A DNA stretch of 64,000 nt, taken from positions 32,001-96,000 of the forward strand of contig CAYILR010000008.1 in NCBI GenBank assembly GCA_964364175.1, given 5' to 3'. The stretch comes from an uncultured Bacteriovoracaceae bacterium. Its GTDB lineage: Bacteria; Bdellovibrionota; UBA1018. Positions 60,195 through 64,000 of the stretch are shown here, one piece after another; position 1 is the first letter of the stretch; each line of letters starts with the position of its first letter. Under the pieces are notes generated by a model. It made no database searches and was not told the origin of the DNA. It saw only the letters and a program-made list of their open reading frames with translations. Both the position numbers and the translations under genes were made by a program.

Positions 60195-60278
60195 TGGTGC
60201 CGTCACCGAGACTTGAACTCGGACGCCCGAAGGCCCACGATTTTGAGGCGTGGTTGTCTACCTTTCCATCATGACGGC
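60195..60278 (-). tRNA. tRNA-Leu (anticodon CAA), class II
   Basis: GCCGTCA/TGACGGC acceptor, anticodon loop CTCAAAA with a C-T mismatch at 31:39, variable arm GGCCTTCGGGCGT, T-arm TCGAG... TTCAAGT, A73, and CCA encoded. Confidence 0.85.
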
Positions 60279-60304
60279 ACACGACAGCACCTGGTGCCGT
60301 CATG
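60270..60304 (-). repeat. 11-bp inverted repeat pairing the tRNA-Leu(CAA) 5' acceptor strand with an upstream copy of its own 3' end
   Basis: catgacggcac (60270-60280) and gtgccgtcatg (60294-60304). On the minus strand the upstream arm contains TGACGGCACCA, identical to the last 11 nt of the tRNA. Confidence 0.7.
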
Positions 60305-60326
60305 CCCAACCTTTGCGTTATTCGGT

Positions 60327-60351
60327 TGTCAAAGAGCAGAGAACAGATCAG
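60327..60351 (-). promoter_or_regulatory. putative promoter of the tRNA array (CTGATCTG element plus TTGACA; -10 unclear)
   Basis: The minus strand reads CTGATCTGTTCTCTGCTCTTTGACA. It has the same upstream element as three other promoters, but no good -10 hexamer lies at 16-18 nt. Confidence 0.35.
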
Positions 60352-60386
60352 AACAGCGAACCAGAACTCGAAGGCCGCAAACGCGA

Positions 60387-60411
60387 GAAGGCCCCCTTTC
60401 GGGGGGCCTTC
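60387..60411 (-). terminator. GC-rich hairpin downstream of the 60613-61233 gene (possible terminator)
   Basis: gaaggccccc tttc gggggccttc with a 10-bp stem; the U-tract is weak on either strand. Confidence 0.4.
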
Positions 60412-60612
60412 GTCGAGCTTCGCACAGTAGGTGCTTGGCTAGGCGGAGTCCCCCTGATCGACGCAAAGGCTCAACAGGCTCGACAGCGAATAGTTGGTCG
60501 AGAGAGCGGAGGTCGATGAGAGGGACAACTGCGTCATGGCGACACCCAGGCTACGCGAGCCGGTTCGAGGAAGTCAACTCCTAAGTGAAGACGGCCAGAT
60601 CTGCCCACAGAT

Positions 60613-61233
60613 TCAGCGAGATCCGGAGAAGATGAAGGGCGCAAGTTGGAAATGCGCCCAGCCGTCTTGAGGCGTTCCCTTCGTTCCGACGGCAAGCACT
60701 CCAAGCTCTTCATCGAGCCGCGCTCGCGCCAAGGAAGGATTGGCGTCCCAGGTGCCGCCTTTCTTCCAGCGACCTGGAAGCTCTTTTCGCAGATCGATCG
60801 TGCGCTTGTACGTGTTGTGGCTGTCGGGATACACCGTCAGCGTCACCATGCTCCCATCAAGGGAAGCTAGGAGCCAGTCCTTCTCGATCAACCAGTGGAC
60901 CCAACTGTTCTCGATAAGCTCCTGGTCCTTTCTCACTTGGGCCAGGAGCTTCTTCTTGTCGGACGCCGACAAGGAACCCGCCGCGAGTTCAAAGACCCGT
61001 TCACCCCTCTTCTCCAACCAAAACTTGGCTGTGACCCCTTGTTTTAGGGACTTCGGATCAACGGTCTGGAGGTGTATCCGTTCGTCGTCATTGCTGAACC
61101 AACCCCAATTGTGGGACGCCACGTTCTTCAGCACTACAGCCATGGCCGTGATCGAACCACCGGCCTGGAGCTTCGCCAGGGCCTTCTCCACGGCTGCAAG
61201 ACGAGCTTCGATGGTCTTTCCCTTTGTCGTCAT
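60613..61233 (-). CDS. DUF4160-like protein (paralog of 43882-44421)
   Basis: I prefer the ATG at 61233 (MTTKGKTIEARL). AVVLKNVASHNWGWFSNDDERIHLQT...AKFWLEKRGERVFELAAGSLSASDKKKLLAQVRKDQELIENSW parallels the other copy. Confidence 0.5.
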   Translation of the reverse strand: MTTKGKTIEARLAAVEKALAKLQAGGSITAMAVVLKNVASHNWGWFSNDDERIHLQTVDPKSLKQGVTAKFWLEKRGERVFELAAGSLSASDKKKLLAQVRKDQELIENSWVHWLIEKDWLLASLDGSMVTLTVYPDSHNTYKRTIDLRKELPGRWKKGGTWDANPSLARARLDEELGVLAVGTKGTPQDGWAHFQLAPFIFSGSR

Positions 61234-61271
61234 ACCCACATGATGATCAAGGTTCGTTCGCTCGTCAAGAG

Positions 61272-61493
61272 CTACATCGACCTGGTCTTCCAGGCGAGCC
61301 GGACCCGATCCTGGCAATCGGCGCAGACGCAGGTCTTGCCGGCTTGCTTGAGCGCTCCCCAGAAGGGGCCAGGCTCGATGTCAAAGAGGTCTTGGTAGAC
61401 GATGTGCTCTCCGGTCTCGACCAGCCGCAGGACCCTCTTGGTCTTGTCCTTCGGGCTCTCGACCGAGGACAACGCCGAGCACGACGTGCTCAC
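61272..61493 (-). CDS. hypothetical protein
   Basis: The GTG at 61493 overlaps the phosphoesterase stop as GTGA; 73 codons; contains CVCADC. Confidence 0.45.
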   Translation of the reverse strand: MSTSCSALSSVESPKDKTKRVLRLVETGEHIVYQDLFDIEPGPFWGALKQAGKTCVCADCQDRVRLAWKTRSM

Positions 61494-62140
61494 AAGTCCA
61501 CCACCACCGGTGCTCGACAGACGTCGATCTGATTCTGCCCATCCAACTGCGAGACGTTCGCAGCCTCAACCCCGTGAAACCGTCCTCGGCCGTAGCCCTC
61601 GTGGACATGCCCAAAGACATGGAACTTCGGCTTGGCCCGAACTACCTCACGCAACAATCCAGGACACCCGTAGTGTTCGAGGGCCTTCGTCTGTTTGTTC
61701 AAGACTGCATCAAAGATCGTGTGTGGTGGCCCGTGCGTGATGAGCAGGTCCAGGCCCTCTGGGATCTGCGACCAGCGAACCTCGCCCTCACGCGCTCCGT
61801 AGCCGAACGCCCAGCCGCGGAACTCCGGCGTATAAGGGCTCCCCCAGAGCTTCTTGCCCATAACCTCGCAGCCTTGGTCCTTGAGAACGTAGTCGGCGTT
61901 CGAGAGCCAGGCTCGCGCGGTCCACCACGACTCCTGAAAGGCGAACTCGTGATTGCCTGGGATAACGACCTTGTAGGGATGGTCTTGCTCCCCCAACCAG
62001 TCATTGAAGTCCAGGATCTCTTTCTGAGTGCCTTTGAGGGTGAAGTCGCCCGCATGAACCAACACGTCCCCATCGGGCAACTTTGGCAGCCTGCGCTGTT
62101 GGTTGTGGGTGTCTGAGATACATACAACCCTGACAGTCAC
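61490..62140 (-). CDS. calcineurin-like metallophosphoesterase
   Basis: CISDTH, HAGDF, PGNHE and FGHVHEGYG are the dinuclear metallophosphoesterase motifs. The GTG at 62140 is preceded by CAGGAGC; the ORF is open to 62398. Confidence 0.7.
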   Translation of the reverse strand: MTVRVVCISDTHNQQRRLPKLPDGDVLVHAGDFTLKGTQKEILDFNDWLGEQDHPYKVVIPGNHEFAFQESWWTARAWLSNADYVLKDQGCEVMGKKLWGSPYTPEFRGWAFGYGAREGEVRWSQIPEGLDLLITHGPPHTIFDAVLNKQTKALEHYGCPGLLREVVRAKPKFHVFGHVHEGYGRGRFHGVEAANVSQLDGQNQIDVCRAPVVVDL

Positions 62141-62413
62141 AGATCCGCTCCTGTCAGCAGAGCCTAACACAAGCGTCTTGCCTGTAGAGCCGAAAAGAGC
62201 CCCAACGCCCGGCAAGGCGGTGGCCCTGCGGACAGAAGGGAGGTGATTGCTATGAAGATCGTGAGCGCTTCCCACGTCGACCACGGTCTCTCGCAGGCCC
62301 AGGTTGACTGGCTCGTGACCTAACCAGGGCCTAAGAGGTAATCTAAGGCACCGAGGGGTAGCTTGAGGCAACCTCATCAAGAGGTCATCAACGGTCATTG
62401 CTGAGAGGTCGCC

Positions 62414-62590
62414 ATGAAGAATGACAACACTGTGTTACTACTACGACTTGTCGAGGCGGCTGAACGCTTGGGCGTTTCGCCATCGACCGTTCGGCGCCTT
62501 GTCCGCACAGGAAAACTTCGCTCGGTTGTGATCGGAAAAGAGCGCCGTGTTCCGCTCGTCGCACTCAATGAATTCGTCGGTGGCAAATAG
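62414..62590 (+). CDS. 58-aa excisionase/MerR-type HTH protein
   Basis: Hand translation gives MKNDNTVLLLRLVEAAERLGVSPSTVRRLVRTGKLRSVVIGKERRVPLVALNEFVGGK. The gene ends 2 nt before tnpB. Confidence 0.55.
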   Translation: MKNDNTVLLLRLVEAAERLGVSPSTVRRLVRTGKLRSVVIGKERRVPLVALNEFVGGK

Positions 62591-62592
62591 GG

Positions 62593-63858
62593 ATGATGAA
62601 GGCGTTTCGTTTCCGTGTTTACCCAACCGCCGAACAAGAGGCGAGGCTGGAGGCATGGGAAGGCGCTTTGAGATTCCTCTGGAATCTTGCTCATGAACAA
62701 CGCTTGATGGGACTGCACACCGTGCGTGACCGACGCCGCTATTACACGGCGGTTGATCAGCAACGCGGTCTAACAGAACTCCGGGCGGAGCTACCGTGGT
62801 TGGCAGATGTTCCACGCCATGTCTGCGCCCAGGTCCTCGTAGAGTTAGATAAGGCTTGGCAGCGGACTTTCAAGAAGTTGGGCGGAGAGCCTCGTTTCAA
62901 GAAATTGGGCCGTGATGGCGTCGCTATCTGCGAGACCGATCCCAAGGTATGGAGCTTCGTCAATGACCACATCCGTTTTCCAAAACTGGGCGTGCTGAAG
63001 ACAGTGCTGCACCGACCGATCGATGGTAAGCCAAAGACATGTAGCCTAACACGAGACGTAGATGCTTGGTTCGTGTCCATCGTTTGTGAGTTACCAGGTG
63101 AGGAGCCGAAGCCCGGTACGGCAACTGGGCCTTCGGTAGCTATTGACCGAGGCGTTGCCTTGCTGCTCGCTGACAGCGATGGGCGAACTGTCGAGAACCA
63201 GGAACATCTACAGCGAGCCAGGAAACACCTAGCTCGCGCGCAACGGCGGGTTAGCAAGAAAATGAAAGGATCGAAGAACCGCGAGAAGGCGAAACGCCGG
63301 GTTGCGGTTCTTCATCGAAAGATCCGACGACAACGAGATCACCAACTGCACGTCCAAAGCTCGTACTATGCCAAGAACCACGGCGTAGTTATTGTAGAGG
63401 ACCTCAACATCCGAGGCATGACGAAGTCAGCCTCCGGTACAAAGGAGAAGCCAGGTAAGAATGTAGCTGCAAAGTCCGGCCTCAACCGCTCGATTCTCGA
63501 TGCGGGTTGGGGACGCTTTGCTCAAATGCTCGACTACAAGCTGAAGTGGCGCGGTGGAATTCTTCTGAAGGTTCCAGCGCACTATTCGTCGCAGACGTGC
63601 GCGAAGTGTGGCCATGTCGATGCTAAAAATCGGGTATCCCAAGCGCGGTTTTGGTGTACAGCGTGCGATTACGAAGCCAACGCTGATATCAATGCTGCGT
63701 GTGTACTTCTCAGCCGTGGAATCCACGGTGCAGCAGTCTGTGGAGGATCTTCCGCCCTAGGGAAGCCTGCGAAGCAGAAACTCCGCGTTGCGAGACGTGG
63801 AAATCAACCAACGATAGGAATCTCCTCGGAGAAACCTATGGTCACGGGGAATTTGTGA
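62593..63858 (+). CDS. tnpB: TnpB (OrfB_IS605 family, RuvC-like RNA-guided nuclease)
   Basis: N-terminal MKAFRFRVYPTAEQE, RuvC residues in VAIDRGV, VVIVEDLN and NADINAA, and zinc finger CAKCGH...CTACDY. Confidence 0.85.
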   Translation: MMKAFRFRVYPTAEQEARLEAWEGALRFLWNLAHEQRLMGLHTVRDRRRYYTAVDQQRGLTELRAELPWLADVPRHVCAQVLVELDKAWQRTFKKLGGEPRFKKLGRDGVAICETDPKVWSFVNDHIRFPKLGVLKTVLHRPIDGKPKTCSLTRDVDAWFVSIVCELPGEEPKPGTATGPSVAIDRGVALLLADSDGRTVENQEHLQRARKHLARAQRRVSKKMKGSKNREKAKRRVAVLHRKIRRQRDHQLHVQSSYYAKNHGVVIVEDLNIRGMTKSASGTKEKPGKNVAAKSGLNRSILDAGWGRFAQMLDYKLKWRGGILLKVPAHYSSQTCAKCGHVDAKNRVSQARFWCTACDYEANADINAACVLLSRGIHGAAVCGGSSALGKPAKQKLRVARRGNQPTIGISSEKPMVTGNL

Positions 63859-63911
63859 TTACGGGAGCACGCACTGGCCTTAGCTCAGTGACAGTCAGCC
63901 GGTCAACCTGC

Positions 63912-63937
63912 GGTGCCCCATGCCGGCATGGGGCACC
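63912..63937. repeat. 26-nt perfect palindrome downstream of tnpB
   Basis: ggtgccccatgcc ggcatggggcacc, 13-bp arms with no spacer. Confidence 0.85.
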
Positions 63938-64000
63938 CTACAAGCTGGAAGCAGCACGGTCATAGGCTCGCTCCAAATCATGGAGCAGCTTCACCGTCTT

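Larger units (their letters stand above)
62414..63937 (+). mobile_element. IS200/IS605- or IS607-type element lacking a complete transposase (HTH gene plus tnpB); ends not defined
   Basis: HTH and tnpB are in tandem, GC content is lower than in the phage genes to the left, and a 26-nt perfect palindrome lies about 55 nt past the tnpB stop. The left boundary is uncertain and may lie near 62150-62400. Confidence 0.5.

Noticed and set aside
62252-62323. 23-codon ORF (MKIVSASHVDHGLSQAQVDWLVT) with a strong GGGAGGTGA ribosome-binding site
   Set aside because: It is too short to support without conservation data. It may be a leader peptide or part of the insertion element's left end.
62376-62390. 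The 11-mer tgaggcaacct, shared with the hairpin at 6453-6464
   Set aside because: Exact 11-mer matches are expected many times by chance among all position pairs in 64 kb, and there is no extended similarity around them.
62395-62763. 122-codon minus-strand ORF across the HTH and tnpB start
   Set aside because: It overlaps the HTH gene and the conserved TnpB N-terminus on the opposite strand, and has no start context or motifs.

Overview
The window is a GC-rich, densely packed, operon-like stretch that reads as part of a large tailed-phage or prophage genome. No cellular housekeeping genes are visible on either side. All protein calls rest on motifs read by eye in the supplied translations, and no database search was run.

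Protein-coding content:
- A T4-style replication and recombination set: RecA/UvsX-like recombinase, gp32-like single-strand DNA-binding protein (SSB), Dda/RecD-like helicase, DnaG-type primase, Cas4-like nuclease, and a sigma-70-like factor.
- Two HU-like proteins.
- An RtcB RNA ligase with an ATP-grasp gene directly downstream.
- An ArdC-like protein, followed by proteins carrying a ribosomal bL12 C-terminal domain and an RNA polymerase alpha-CTD-like domain.
- Two free-standing homing-endonuclease genes: one GIY-YIG, and one zinc-ribbon plus Vsr-like.
- A compositionally foreign island encoding a possible HUH Rep-like protein.
- An HTH plus TnpB insertion element at the right edge.
- Many hypothetical genes joined by ATGA, GTGA or TGATG overlaps.

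RNA content:
- A complete tmRNA at 50715-51120.
- A 1.45 kb minus-strand array at 58834-60278 holding 11 canonical tRNAs. All are class II (long variable arm): Ser x4, Leu x5, Tyr x2.
- Three non-canonical tRNA-like elements inside that array. One has the 3' half of a Tyr-type tRNA placed upstream of its 5' half and is bracketed by a perfect 11-bp inverted repeat. This is either a circularly permuted tRNA or a YrlA-like tRNA mimic.

Regulatory content is a recurrent sigma-70-type promoter family, several members of which imply leaderless mRNAs.

The class-II-only tRNA array and its tRNA-like elements, together with RtcB, the tmRNA and nearby nucleotidyltransferase and phosphoesterase genes, are my best candidate for an undescribed tRNA protection or repair system.
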